DNA of 64,000 bases from Octopus sinensis. Taxonomy: Eukaryota. Shown here in pieces: positions 39,721 to 55,030 of the stretch (position 1 is its first letter; every line of letters begins with the position of its first letter). The notes under the pieces were generated by a model. That model made no database searches. It had not been told where the DNA came from and worked only from the letters and a program-made list of their open reading frames with translations. A program made the position numbers and the translations under genes. The stretch lies in the NCBI RefSeq assembly GCF_006345805.1, contig NC_043004.1:91884001-91948000 (forward strand), in the 5' to 3' direction.

Positions 39721-40818
39721 GTCCATGTGGCACAAAGGAGTGAAGAGAGAAGATTAATGATGTATGCATGTATATATATATATACATGCAACGGATCAGT
39801 TTATGCGCAACTCCATTTTCTCCCGAGACAAAAGGATGCCAACAACAACAATATGTATATACGTACAGACATACATGCGTATGTGTTTGTGTGTGTGTAT
39901 TAGTGTATTATATATATATATAAACCTTAAAAAGGCGTTATGAGTGATGAGTATATTGATTTAGCCACTTGTCATCCATAAGGTCACGGCCGTTTCGTAG
40001 CCCTTTTCATATAATATTTTTTGTGCATAATAAATTATGCTTACGTGTCTGCGCTGAAAGGGATGCTGCGCATTATACAATACAATTGCATATCCACAAA
40101 TCAATTCAGATAAAGAAAACTAGCTCATAATATCATCAGAACATTATGGTCACACTAATGATTGAATTGTAAGTGCACATACAAAATTTGCTCTTTATAT
40201 CTAGAATGTATGTAAGCCTGAGACCACATAAAAGTAGTTTGGTATGGTCAATAAAAATAAAGATATTTTGTTTCATATCAATTAATGTACAGGATCGTTA
40301 GCGCGCTGGAAAAACTCTTAAGGTGAGCAAAATGCAGGAAGAGATAAAGAGAGGAAGTAAAGTAAGTTATAGCAAATATAAAGAAAAAGTTTTTGAAAAG
40401 TATATAAAAATTCATAAAATATATTAGAAATTATTTTAAAGGGAACAGACAGCTGAAGATAGGAAGATTAAGCCAAGAGATAGGACTAAGCAACGGTAAT
40501 TTTCAAATAGATTTCAAAGGTCAAAGACCACACGTACTAACTTATGTATCTTAATTTTAATTACATTTTCTGACCACTCCTCGAAATACTTTCTTTGCCA
40601 ATGAACAGTAGTGAAATCAAAGCATTACTTCTACATAGAAGCACATGAACATAATCATTGACATACACAAGGGCACTCACACAGCTGTACACTCTTATAC
40701 CCATTAATATACATATAGACCGCATGGAGACATATTAGCCATACACACAAACAAATAATCAAACATGCATGTATATATATGTGTGTGTGTGTATGTGTGT
40801 GCATATATACACATAAGT

Positions 40819-41209
40819 GGGAGTGGGAAGCACTCCGTCAGTTACGACGACGAGGGTTCCGGTTGATCCGTTCAACGGAACAGCCTGCTCGTGAAATTAA
40901 CGTGTAAGTGGCTGAGCACTCCACAGACACGTGTACCCTTAACGTAGTTCTCGGGGATATTCAGCGTGACACAGAGAGTGACAAGGCCGGCCCCTTGAAA
41001 TACAGGTACAACAGAAACAGGAAGTAAGAGTGAGAGAAAGTTGTGGTGAAAGAGTACAGCAGGGATCACCACCATCCCCTGCCGGAGCCTCGTGGAACTT
41101 TTAGGTATTTTCGCTCAATAAACACTCACAACGCCCGGTCTGGGAATCGAAACCGCGATCCTATGATCGCGAGTCCGCTGCCCTAACCACTGGGCCATTG
41201 CGCCTCCAC
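40819..41209 (-). mobile_element. SINE family C, full length, with 12-bp TSD
   Basis: TSD ATACACATAAGT at 40807-40818 and 41210-41221. Confidence 0.95.
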
Positions 41210-41853
41210 ATACACATAAGTATAAATACATAAAAACACAAACATACACAAACAATATAGATACACTCACACACATACACACAAACATGCGTCTATATAT
41301 ATGCATGCGCTTGCTTATATACACACGTACGCGGTGTAAGATGCAATTTTCTCATCAGGAAAGAAAGGGAGCCTCTCCCAACAACAAGACAATATAATAA
41401 TTACGATAACTGCCTACATGATAAACAAAACGTTAATAAGTGTTTAAAAAAACCGTTAGTAGAATTAACGTCAAAGTTAGATAGTAGGAAGAGAAGGGTT
41501 AAAGGAATAATAAATAGGGAACAAATAGAGAGGGAGGGGTACGCTGATTAAAAGAATGTTCAAAGACTTAGGAAAGGGTTTCTCTATTGAAGTGAAGTGC
41601 ACGTTAAACTAATTGTTCAAAACTATAATGACTATCGAAATCATTTATATGAGTAAAATGTATGTTTCTGCCAGTGTTTACATTTGTATGATTTCTCTAT
41701 AATCTTGTTTACAAGGGGATCCTTAGAGAAGAGAATATGGAAGAGTTCAGAGTTGCAAATGTTACAAAATCTCCTGCCCTTATCAAAAGGAAAGGATACA
41801 GACAGTATGAACCAATCTAACTTAAAATCTATATTGTTGTCTTATGATGAATA

Positions 41854-41898
<45 letters not shown>

Positions 41899-41986
41899 AA
41901 TCCAAACGGGAAAACAGAAAAAACAACAACACGTGGAACAATTACAGTATTATTATTAATAGGCGCTCAGGAAAGATGGAAGCAGG

Positions 41987-42021
<35 letters not shown>

Positions 42022-42283
42022 CTAAATAACAAAGTAAGTTCAATGATAAGAGGTGTATCCATGAATAAATATCATTTACTACCATGTTTCTGTTGATGAA
42101 ACTAGTCTCTCTGTCTATCTACTTAGCCTCTTTGTGATGTTGGTAAATGGAATAAGTATAAAAATGAATCTTTTCAATTTAACTAAAAATTCCATATGCA
42201 GCTGAAGATTGCTCTACATTTTAAAACTGATGTAATACTTGGATTGTTTAATTAAATGAAGTCGCATGAAACGATGGTACTGC

Positions 42284-42368
42284 GGTGATTATAATCAAAA
42301 TAAGCAACATTTAAATCAGTCCCGTCGGAGGTATGATTTAAATGTTGCTTATTTTGATTATAATCACC
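42284..42368. repeat. Perfect 35-bp inverted repeat with 15-nt loop
   Basis: GGTGATTATAATCAAAATAAGCAACATTTAAATCA and its exact reverse complement. Confidence 0.95.
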
Positions 42369-42704
42369 CCATTTTGAATTATATGGATAATATACCAAGT
42401 TCTGGTGTCTTTAACTTAAGTACCATATTCAACTGAATCTAAATTTTTACTGAACTTTGTATATATATACATACATACATACATATATATATATATAATT
42501 AATCCAGAAAAAAACAAAAACACAAGAGAAAACAACGACACGAGGACGTGGTACATGGAAAGTATTAAAAGACGCTCCAGGAAGGAAAGAAAGGGTGTTC
42601 AACGTTTCGAGCAAAACAGAGGACAGGGAAAATCCAAGAGAAAAGGTAGACGGAGGAAAAAATCGCCAACAATCCTCATGTAGTTACATATTGGAATATA
42701 TATA

Positions 42705-42910
<206 letters not shown>

Positions 42911-43104
42911 TATAGATATATATGTATATGTACACACACATACATATACTCACTTAAACATGTATAGATTTTATAAATAAATGACCGTATATGCATTGAA
43001 CAAGATAAATGCAAGCAGACTCGCTTATTTAAAAATACATAGTTAAATATACAACTATACACTAATACATATATAGTTACATATGCACACCCATACACTG
43101 CGCA

Positions 43105-43455
43105 GCATCTTGAACATGTATCTGCTGGTATAGCCCTGGGCCGACCAATGTCATGTGAGTGTATTAGGTAGAAGGAAACTGTATGGAAGCTCAGTGTATC
43201 TATGTATGTATATATGTATATATATATGTGTGCGTGTTTGTGCATGTGTGTGTGTTCGTTTGTCCCTATCACGCACCGCTTGCCAACATGTGTTGGCATG
43301 TTTACGTCCACCAAAGTTAGCGGTTCGATAAAAGACACCAGTAGAATAAGTAATAGATGTAGTATTGTGGTGGATATGTTCGTCTAAAGCTGTCAAGACG
43401 GTGCCCCAGCACGGCCGCACTCCAATGATCGAAGCAAGTAAAAGATAAAAGAGAA
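43105..43455 (+). mobile_element. SINE family B, 5'-truncated and diverged
   Basis: Core and tail match. Confidence 0.7.
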
Positions 43456-44021
43456 AATAAAGATATAGATGTCTTATTTTACATGTAATATAGAGGGATT
43501 ACATAACACCAAGCAGGATTTTGTTTTATCAATCGACTGTAAACATCAGCCGCTTGGAAAGTTAATATACAGCATCACTCTAGGCGATGTCAGTTGTGTA
43601 AACCATTTATTGTTATCTTTTATGAACGAAGGAAGTACTTGGACATGTAACAGCATGTCAAAATCAGTTCATTATTTTTATCAATTTGAATAAAATGAAC
43701 GCGCGACTAGCTTATGATTAGCTTACTCTGCCTAGAGTTAATACTTTCAAATTTGCTATGTTCGGACGGTAATTCGACTGAACAAAAACCACCGCTAACA
43801 CAAATAAACACATTCATAGCTACACGTTTACGTGCATTTACACACATGTACATACTGACATGCACGTACATGTTTTTATTTAGCACAATGTGTGAAACAA
43901 AGAAGCAATATTTTGTTCGACTCGTTTTTAGTCAAATAGGTTGAGGGACCAAACTCTTTGAGTACTCTACTCTAAGTGCGCTAGCCATGTTCTTATGAAG
44001 ACTTAATCTCGGAATACATAC

Positions 44022-44447
44022 AGGCGTAGCTGTGTGGCAGAAAGCTTGCTTCCCAATCACATGGTTCCGGGTGCAGTCCTAGTGCGTGGCACCTTGGGCA
44101 AGTGTCTTCTACTATAGCTTCGGTTCGACTGAAGCCTTGTGAGTGGATACGGTATATGCCCGTCGCGTATACGTGTGTGTGAATGTATGTGTGCATGTGT
44201 GTGCATGTGTGTGTATGTATGTGTGCATTTACGTGTTTGTATATTTGTACCCCACTCATCGCTTGACAACCGGTGCTGGTGTGTTTACGTCCCTGTAACT
44301 TAGCGGTTGGGGTAAAAGAAACCGATAGGATAAGTACCTGGTATGAGCAGAAAAATAAGCTCTTGGGTCGATTTGTTCGACTAAAACTCTGCAAGATGGT
44401 GCCCCAGCACGGCCGCAGTTAAATGACTGAAACGAGTGAAAGATAAA
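44022..44447 (+). mobile_element. SINE family B
   Basis: Head, CCTTGGGCAAGTG core and tail. Confidence 0.85.
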
Positions 44448-44908
44448 TGGTACATGCATATACGCACACATAAACATATTCACACATATATACACTCAGA
44501 GAGTAAGTCAAATGTTCCTTTAGCATGGTCTTTTTCTATTAACCTGTTCATAACAGAAATAGGACTATAACATAGTGGGTGATATCAGTAAATGCTAATT
44601 TTGTAAATTTGGTTTGGATGCTACTTCCTTATGAGATTTTGAGTTGAAAGTCCTGAAAAGACAAGCGTTCACGTAATTGTTTATCCTTTCCAACCAGCTT
44701 CAAGCTTTAAATCTTAACTTTAAATCTTAACTGAACTTCAAGCTTTAAATCGTTTGTAAGTTTTGCGAATAGTGCTATATCAAGGTTGATTCCTGATTTA
44801 TTTCTTGCTTCAAAATCCATTGGGCTTGTACGATTAATTCCTTATAATGTGCCATTTTAAGGACAGTGGATATATCTTTGATAATGCTATTTTATAAAAC
44901 AATACATA

Positions 44909-46113
44909 CAGGGGTTGGACAAAATAATGGAAATACCTAGCATTATAGCATCATAATTTTGAAATATCTATAAAACTATGTAAAGATTGTTTATTTTTAT
45001 GTTTTTTTAAATTTATTATTAGTGTTGCTTAATATATTTTGCTAAAATTGCTGTTTCTTTTCAGATATCACCAGAAAAAAGTAATCAAAATTCATTAATA
45101 TGACAGATCTATCGCACTTTCAAAGAGGTTAAATTGTTGGTGCTCGTATGGCAGGCGCTAGCGTAACGAAAACAGCTGAAATGCTTGGAGTATCGAAAGT
45201 AATGACAGCCTTTGAGAAAGAGGGAAAAACCTCCTCGTCGAAGCAAAACTCCGGAAGAAGACCAAAACTTTCAGGCTCTTACGCGAATTGTTAGAAAGGC
45301 TCACAAAAGTACAGTTCCCAGAATTACTGCAGAGCTTAATGACTACCTGGAGAACCCAGTTTCCACAAAATCTGTTCGCCAATCTTTCAAAAACAAACGT
45401 TGCAAAGCGTTTAGAGAAGAGTAAAACCCTGCAGAATTAGTCCCTAGAGCAGTGGAAGACTGTTATTTTCTCGGACGAGTCATGCTTTACCTTATTTCCG
45501 ACCACCGGCCGAGTATAAGTGTGGAGACAGCTAAAAGACGCATTTGACCCAGACTGCCTTCTTTTAACTGTTAAACCTGGAGGAGGATCTGTGATGATAT
45601 GGCGGTGGTGGTGGTGGTGGAGGCTATATCTTGGAAATCCGCCGGCTCAATAGTTTCCTTTCATGGCAGAATTAATAGTCAATACTATTTAAGCATTTTA
45701 TCTGACCAAATCCATCCTGTAGTTGCGGAACTGTTTCCGGAGGGAAACGCAATCTTTCAGGATGATAATGCACCAATTCACAGTTGTTACTGAATGGCAC
45801 AAGGCACATTCTTGTGAAGTTGAACATCTTACCTGGCCACCAAAGTCCCCCTATTTCAATATTATTGAACATTTATGGTGCATTTTAGAAAAACAAGTAA
45901 GGAGTCGATATCCTCCACCATGATCACTACAAGAACTAGAGACTGTTTTAGCTAAAGGATGGACAAAAATGTATTTGGAAACAACTGAAACTCTGTATGA
46001 GTCCATAGCTCGTAGAATTCAAGCTGTAATTACTTCCAAAGGTGGTCCTACTCCATATTAAAATAAACTTGTTTGAAATTTTAAGGTGTTCCCATTATTT
46101 TGTCCAATCCATA
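44909..46113 (+). mobile_element. Near-full-length defective Tc1-family DNA transposon
   Basis: TIRs CAGGGGTTGGACAAAATAATGGAAATACCT / AGGTGTTCCCATTATTTTGTCCAATCC, with TA flanks. Confidence 0.9.
45100..46061 (+). pseudogene. Tc1 DD34E transposase pseudogene
   Basis: MTDLSHFQRG*IVGARMAGASVTKTAEMLGVS N-terminus, FSDES, IFQDDNAPIH, WPPKSPYFNIIEHLW and a GGPTPY* end. Contains stops and frameshifts. Confidence 0.92.
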
Positions 46114-46154
46114 TATCTATCTATCTATACGTATGTATATATATATATATATAT

Positions 46155-46257
46155 ATTTATTATATAGAAGGAGCTTCTACAGGACTAGAACTGTTTCATT
46201 CATTTCTCTTGAATGAAACAGTTCTAGTCCTGTAGAAGCTCCTTCTATATAATAAAT
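46155..46257. repeat. Perfect 48-bp inverted repeat with 7-nt loop
   Basis: ATTTATTATATAGAAGGAGCTTCTACAGGACTAGAACTGTTTCATTCA-tttctct-reverse complement. Confidence 0.95.
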
Positions 46258-46319
46258 TAATTTTACTCTGCTATGTATTGAGTACCTTATTTACTGTGGT
46301 TAACCCCGAATCAACCCGG

Positions 46320-47095
<776 letters not shown>

Positions 47096-47917
47096 AGAAG
47101 AGAGAGACAAGTAGGAAAGATTATATCGAAAGATAGAAAGGTGGACAGTTGCCGATGTATGTTGGTGTTTAATTATTTAGAATGACATTTGAACAGAACT
47201 GTTCGTGTCCCAGTAGTGATTAGAAATGATGCTTTTTGAATTTGGCACTTTTCCAATAATCTTTGACTCTGCTATTTACTATCTGCTCTCGTCCTGGTTT
47301 ATATCATCTGTGACGGTGCACCTATTAAACACGCGTCGCATGCGCCCCGCGCGCACACACTCTCATACACTATGAGAGACTACTCACGAAATTGCATGAC
47401 TGTCCCGTATCCAATCACCAACATCAATCCTGGGCTTGTCGCACTGTACACTTGCTTGTATTTTCTGCTGTTTCTAATATAACAATATATACTCATATAC
47501 TGTTATTTGGTTTCGCTTTTGATTTTGTCTTTATATCCATTCGAAATAATCGCTCCAACCCGCCGCCGTCTCAGTTTCTCTATTATTAACACCATAGTTT
47601 CTTCCTCATTCTTTTACTTTTTCCTCTATCCATTTTGCTTCTCACCCATAAAGGCTTCATTCTAACATCATACTGAAATCAAACGTCTAGCACACTCCTG
47701 TACGTTGTTGCTGGTATTCAGTTAATCATTTATCTCGACTACTAACCTGATATCTTGAATGCAAATTTAATCGATGCAGTCGGCAAACGTCACGAGGTGT
47801 CTTGTTGCTGGGTATGCACTTTTGTCCCAAGCTAGATTCGAACTACAAACCTTTATTTGTAAACGAGGAAGTATTACTGTCTGTGTCCATTAAACAGATA
47901 CATTGATACGTAGACCC

Positions 47918-47978
47918 TATAATAATAATAATAATAATGATAATAATAATAATAATAAAAATAAAAATAATAATAATA

Positions 47979-48031
<53 letters not shown>

Positions 48032-48076
48032 AAAAATAATAACAACAACAACAGCAACAACAACAACAACAATAAC
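47918..48076. repeat. (AAT)n/(GAT)n/(AAC)n compound microsatellite
   Basis: Seen directly. Confidence 0.95.
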
Positions 48077-48215
48077 AAACTGGCGCACTTGGAGGTATCA
48101 GCACTCAGCTACCAACATGGTTGAAAAAGATCGGTGCAAGTGTGTAGGTAGAACGCCTACAAAAATCTGCATCGCTTGCAATTACAAGAATTCTTCACGG
48201 GGTTCTTGAAACATG
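48077..48215 (+). mobile_element. RLE-type LINE extreme 3' coding fragment
   Basis: TGALGGISTQLPTWLKKIGASV*VERLQKSASLAITRILHGVLET*, like the GALG...LQK..L...RIL C-terminus of R4-clade elements. Confidence 0.6.
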
Positions 48216-48261
48216 ACCAGTAAACAAGTGTCATCTTAGTCTGCTGAGAGTTTTTATCACA

Positions 48262-48478
48262 TAACAATAACAATCCTTTTTACTAAAGGCACAAGGCCTG
48301 AAATTGGTGGGGATGGTACTAGTCGATTACATCGACCCCAGTGTTTCACTGGTACATAATTTATCGACCCCGAAAAGATGAAAGCAAAGTCGAATACGGT
48401 GGAATTTGAACTCAGAACCAGAAGAAATACCGGTAAGTACTGTATCCGATACTCTAACGATTCTGCCAGCTTCCTGCC
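48262..48478 (-). mobile_element. SINE family A
   Basis: Family match. Confidence 0.85.
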
Positions 48479-48489
48479 TAATAATAATA

Positions 48490-48665
48490 ATGGCATCTCA
48501 AGACGGTTACAATACCAGTGATTATAGGAGCACTTGAAATAATCAAAGAAGGGACTGAAAATTATCTAAGAATGATCCCTGGCTTACCATCCATGCAGGA
48601 AGGGCAAAAGATTATCTTAACTGGGTACGTCACACGTATTGAGAAGAGCATTGACGCTGTGAATT
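48490..48665 (+). mobile_element. R4/Dong-like LINE 3' fragment
   Basis: WHLKTVTIPVIIGALEIIKEGTENYLRMIPGLPSMQEGQKIILTG, typical of the R4-clade C-terminus. Confidence 0.7.
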
Positions 48666-48939
48666 TTCTTTCCTTTTTCACTCTGTATTTTATTTGTTTA
48701 CTTTTCTTTTCTTTATTTTTTCCTTTTTCTCTCTGTCTTCCCCTTTTTATCTGTCACATGACTCTGTAAATGAACAAAATCTGATGTGTTTGTTTTAATA
48801 GCCTACCAATGTATACAAGTACGTTTCTCTGCCCTAGGTACCAGGAAGACACTCAGCAAGAAATGGAAACAAAATTGAAAGAAGATGCAAATGAAAATAA
48901 CAACAACAACAACAACAACAACAACAATAATAATAATAA

Positions 48940-49150
48940 TAATTCTTTCTACTATAGGCACAAGGCTTGGAATTTATGGGGAAGAGGAAAGTTGATCACA
49001 TCGATCTCGGTACTTGACTAGTACTTAATTTATCGACTCCGAAAGGATGAAAGTTAAAGTCGACATCGGCGGAATTTGAACTCAGAACGTAGCGGCAGAC
49101 GAAATACAGCTAAGCATTTCGCCCAGCGTGCTAACGATTCTGTCAGCTCA
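48940..49150 (-). mobile_element. SINE family A with (AAC)n(AAT)n tail at 48895-48940
   Basis: Family match. Confidence 0.85.
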
Positions 49151-49344
49151 CCTTTTTCATCGACCACAGCTGCTTAACTTCCCAAGCTAACCTGCCATAT
49201 CTCTCGACTTTTCTTTCTGCCTTATCGCATACCTTGTCGTCAGCTGGGCATGCTATATCAATGATCCAGCATAGTTTGTTTCCTTTCTCAATTAAGACTA
49301 TGTCCGGCTTCCTATTCTTTATCTCATGGTCGCACTGGATAATT

Positions 49345-49712
<368 letters not shown>

Positions 49713-50076
49713 TATTAATAGATTGACTCAGGGAGGCCATCTGCATCAATTGGTGAATACAAATATTTAACCTATGCAGCACATACTGAAAGCTCTTTCC
49801 TTTCGTTCTGTACGCAGTCTGTACACGTACACGCATATACGCACATAGTGCATGCATGCATGCATACTTACATGCATACATGCATACATACATACATACA
49901 TACATATATACATACATACATACATACATACATACATAAATACATACATACATACATAATACATTCATACATACATACATGCATACATACATACATACAT
50001 ACATACCTACATAATACATACATGCATACATACATATATAAATACATACATACACACAAACACAGATATATTCATC

Positions 50077-50311
50077 GGCGGCGAGCTGGCAGAATCGTTA
50101 GCACGCCGAGTGAAATGCTTAGAGATATTTCGCCTGCCGATACGTTCTGAGTTCAAATTCTGCTGAGGTCGACTTTGCCTTTCATCCTTTCGGGGTCGAT
50201 AAATTAAGTACCAGTTACGCACTGGGGTCGATGTAATCGACTTAACCCCTTTGTCTATCCTTGTTTGTCCCCTCTATGTTTATCCCCTTGTGGGCAATAA
50301 AGAAATAAAAT
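50077..50311 (+). mobile_element. SINE family A, beta tail
   Basis: GGCGGCGAGCTGGCAGAATCGTTAG head, GAGTTCAAATTC, and a tail ending AATAAAGAAATAAAA. Confidence 0.9.
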
Positions 50312-50377
50312 ATTGCGTAGATATATGTGTGGCTAAATTTCAGGGTTTATTATATAACGAGACCAAAAGCATGCATA

Positions 50378-50773
50378 TCTTTATATATAAAAGTGATTTG
50401 TGTGGTGTGTGTCTCCTACGATTTAGATTCCTAACTACTCCCACATTTTGGGGTGCAGTTTAACCAAAAGCGGGTATCTTATAGTCGTGATTCATATCGA
50501 GCCCTTCTGGGTATTAGCGCGCGTCTACGATGAGTCTACGATTAAAAAAAAATTACCATCATGTTTTTCCATTTTAATGCATTTTTTCGCTATTATATAA
50601 GGGAAGTAACTCTCTAAAAATGTCTACGATGAGTCAACGATTTAAAAAAAAAATACCATCATTTTTTTTGCTATTTTTAATGCATTTTTTTGCTATCTTT
50701 TGGCTATAACTCTAAAAATGCTTATATAGTTATTTCCCTTACAAACCCGAGCAACGCTGGGCGATACTGCTAG
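50378..50773 (+). mobile_element. Non-autonomous Helitron-like element (copy 2)
   Basis: A|TC...CTAG|T with no TSD. Near-identical to 18368-18765. Confidence 0.85.
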
Positions 50774-50924
50774 TTAAATATAAAAGAATATAAATTTTGC
50801 TACAGTTTACACACACACACACATACACACGCACTCACACATACGCACGCGCTCGTACGCACACAAACAGACACTCACACACACAAATACACGCTTTTTC
50901 TGCACTTTATCTTCTGTCCTACCT

Positions 50925-51260
<336 letters not shown>

Positions 51261-52281
51261 TACTCATCTATCAGTCTGCTTGCTTATTGATCTGTTGTCA
51301 CACACACACATACACAAACACATACATAAATATATACACGCATATGCACACACATATATGCATATATAATATGCAAGTATGAATGTATGTGCATATGTAT
51401 ATATTTATGGCAATTACAGCTTAGTGGACAGTTCATAATATAGCATATACCTACTATGAGATGCATTTTACGTCCGCGTAATACCTATTTATAAAGAAGT
51501 TGTCTGCACTTCTCCAGGCTGTCACTACTTCAAAGTACTAGATTAACTGCTAATTAATAAGAATCCATCACGGTATCTATTTACAATCATACAGACTTTG
51601 CATACCCATCTCGACTCAAAAGTCTTTATGTAGGGCTTGTATAGGCCGACAAGGGAGAATAAATTTAGGCCTAATTTGCCCTTAAACAGAGCGGTAACGG
51701 GAGTTGACTGTGCTTATGAGAAAACTCGAACTAACAATCCCCGAGCCTGTACTTTAGTGAATAGTTCGATACCGCCTCAACATACCGGTCAACTCTGGTC
51801 TCCCATAATTCAATCTTATTAATGCAGAACAAAAACAGAGACCATCGATCGATCTAAACAGCAGAATGGTGACGCAACTACTCTGCGAGTAGTTTTTAGT
51901 CGCAATGCAGTGAGTTGTTTGACTTAGTGAGTGTGCTAGTAAAACGAGTAGATCTACTTCAGTGAGAATAATTGTGGTTCAATCGACCTCTGGGTGGTTA
52001 GTCACGTGAGACATTGTACATTAACATGTTAAATAGAAACTGAGAGAATAAAGCATAATAACAAACAAGCAAATAAACAATTCACAATATAAAGTGAAAA
52101 GTTAGACGAAACGAAATATCTGAGATCACATACACGCATTCACGGCTGCACATATACATACTTATATGCATATATAAATGTGTGTGTGTGTGTATGTGTG
52201 TGTATATGCGTGCATGAATGCATGAGTACACACACACACACACATGTCATCATAACCATTATCAGACGTAATATTACCTGA

Positions 52282-52356
<75 letters not shown>

Positions 52357-54259
52357 CGGTCCAGTGTGAAATACCTTTGATAGTAACAATTAAGTAACTA
52401 ACTTAGGTATGAGAAGTACATGAAAAGTTTTCTTTCTTATAAAAATTAGATAAATATTGACCAATAGTGACCAAAGTTTTATTTGAATCACGTGAAAGTC
52501 TATGAGCTTGGGAACAAGAAATAGGCGACGGTCTGTCAGCAGAAACCAGCAAGACGATGTAAGACGTTAGTCACTTCCGACTGGTATTCCATGAACATCC
52601 TCTCAACACTGCCTTGTCAGAAGTGGCCAGTCTCACACTCAGAAATGGATTATGAAAAGAGCGTATGTCCTCTCGGTTGTTACTCGTAGGGCAGGTTCCC
52701 ATCGTCAGATTGTCAATCTCTTGCCAACGTGTAGCCGAGTCACCTGATCAATCTATCTGTTCCTTTGGAGAAATTCCATGATTAATTACGCACAAGCATG
52801 CGCTGTGACTGATACATCTGTAGGCTACACTGGATGATGACAGCGGCGGACAGAGGTGATCAGCATTTGTGCGACCACGCCTGTCTTCCTGAAAATCAGC
52901 TAGCAATGTGTTAGGTATGCTGAAATCCCATCACAGTCGACTTTGCTTTAAATCTTTGTATGTTTGACGACGTAAGTACCAATCCAACAAAGAACTGTGG
53001 TTGATTTAATCGACAGTACCCGTTTCTCAAATTTCTAGGCCTGTCTTAGTGTTGGAAATCATCATTATTATGAACCCCAGCACCACCATTATCATCATAA
53101 TACTTCACTGGGTGTTTGGTGTATTGAATCCTGAATCGATCCCAGTATGTGACCGAATTATATTTTATCAAACACTCGACTTCCTTTCGGGATAAGATAT
53201 AAAACGGCCCAGGCACGATTTAAACTCAATGCATAGAAGGATGATACTAAGCACTGAAATGAATTTAGTTCGGCAGCAAACCCAATCTGGCATTACTTTC
53301 CCATCAACATCGTTACAAAGAAGTCTGAGGAAAATTTGGCTAGTATTTCTAGCAAGTTTAGTGACTGTGTATTGGCTCCCAGTCGAACGATGACGATTTG
53401 GTGTGAAAAATTTTTAAAATGATAATGATTTCAGATATAGACACAAGACTACACAATGTTTTGAGGGAAGGGAAGTCAGTTAGACCGAACAGTACCTAAC
53501 TTGTACTTTATTTTATCGATCCCAGAAAGCTAAAATGCAACGTAGACTTCATCAAGATTTGAACTCGGAACTTAAAGGTCCATCGCTACATGTGTCTTTT
53601 AAGTCTGGCATTCTTCCGAATCTGCATTCGATTTTCCTGCATAGAAACACTAAGAATAAGCACGAATTATGTGACCCACCCGAGGATAAAAACGATGCAT
53701 TATGTATAGTTTGATGTCGCTTCCGATCCAGACATAGGTTTAAGTATTTTATTGCTTCTAATGAATTTTATCATCGAGGTTTATTTATTACGCAGTATTT
53801 ACCGAGTAATAAATATGGAATGAGTTAATAACACAGATGACCTTACACACAGTGAAACATAGTCACAAACATACATAGACACACATAAACGCAGACACTC
53901 ATGCGCATACACAGTCACAGGTACATAGACACATAATAAACAATTTCAATTACACACCTATAAATATATAGACATACGCCCAAAGACACACATACACATA
54001 CAGTCGTACGTGCACACAGAGTGTCTTGGGAAAATATCCAAGGATACCTGCAGCATGAAAGTTTAATAATCAAGTTGGTCTGAACACATTTGATATAGTA
54101 AGGCAAAAAAATTCTAATTAATAAAATTACCACGTGTAGTGAACAATACTTTTCTAAATGATATATTCTGATAAAAAAATGACAGGGGAGACAACTAAAT
54201 CTTAATGAACAGCGGATATACATATAGAAGCGTATTTAACAGTTCTTGAGATAGTAAAA

Positions 54260-54835
54260 TCCATCCATCCATCCATCCATTGACAATTAAGTGTCGGTGC
54301 TTAGCGTTGGTTTCAAGGTATTAAGCTGACGAAAGATTAATATTCTCTTGTATTGGTCTAGTCTGTCACGAGCATTATAAACACCTGCGGATGACCCGTT
54401 AACGAGATTTCTTAGATTATTTTCAAACAACTTGCAGATACAATCGCTACCAATTGAAAGTTCTTCATGCCGGACACTAGCAATCTTATGGAGTCATCAG
54501 GAGAGAATGCGCGCTGTTTCGGGGCCATCCCCCTGCTTCACTAAGATGAGACCCTACTTGCTAGATCATCTGGTTACTAGGCTTCACTCAATATTTTTTT
54601 TAGCCATTACTCATAGTTTCTTTTTAACCAAATTCAGTGGTTTGTCTTCTCCACTGAAGCATGGCTATTGCTCAAGACAGAATTTAGTTTACGTTTTGTT
54701 AGGCCTTGCAACAACAACCTTCACCTTCTGTTTCCAATGAAACCTCTACTTCCAGTTTCGACTGGATAATGTTCGGTGTTCCAGCCTGTTTTCACAAACC
54801 TCGAGGAGAGATGTTCACAGCGGTCGATTTTTCGA
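54260..54835 (-). mobile_element. HERO/R2-superfamily RLE LINE 3' fragment ending at (GGAT)n
   Basis: Minus strand [18 protein letters not shown]...IWLKRN resembles the GW...PVEVGCRGF...W.W.KR C-terminus. Confidence 0.65.
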
Positions 54836-54839
54836 GTAA

Positions 54840-54891
54840 TATATATATATATGCATGTATATATATATGTATGTATATATGTATATATGTA

Positions 54892-54989
<98 letters not shown>

Positions 54990-55030
54990 TACACGCACAC
55001 ACATATATATACACGTATATATATATATAT
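54840..55030. repeat. (TA)n microsatellite
   Basis: Seen directly. Confidence 0.97.

Noticed and set aside
41350-41780. Possible third Penelope RT fragment on the minus strand
   Set aside because: Only a faint NTGRNIHF resemblance amid stops. Too weak to call.
52500-52900. GC-richer unique block as a coding exon
   Set aside because: The frames I translated close within ~50 codons, and I found no paired splice sites.
54505-54545. Minus strand GTGAAGC-AG-GGGG-atgg-CCCC-GAAA-CAG hammerhead-like pattern
   Set aside because: The core has two substitutions, and there is no UH triplet or stem I.
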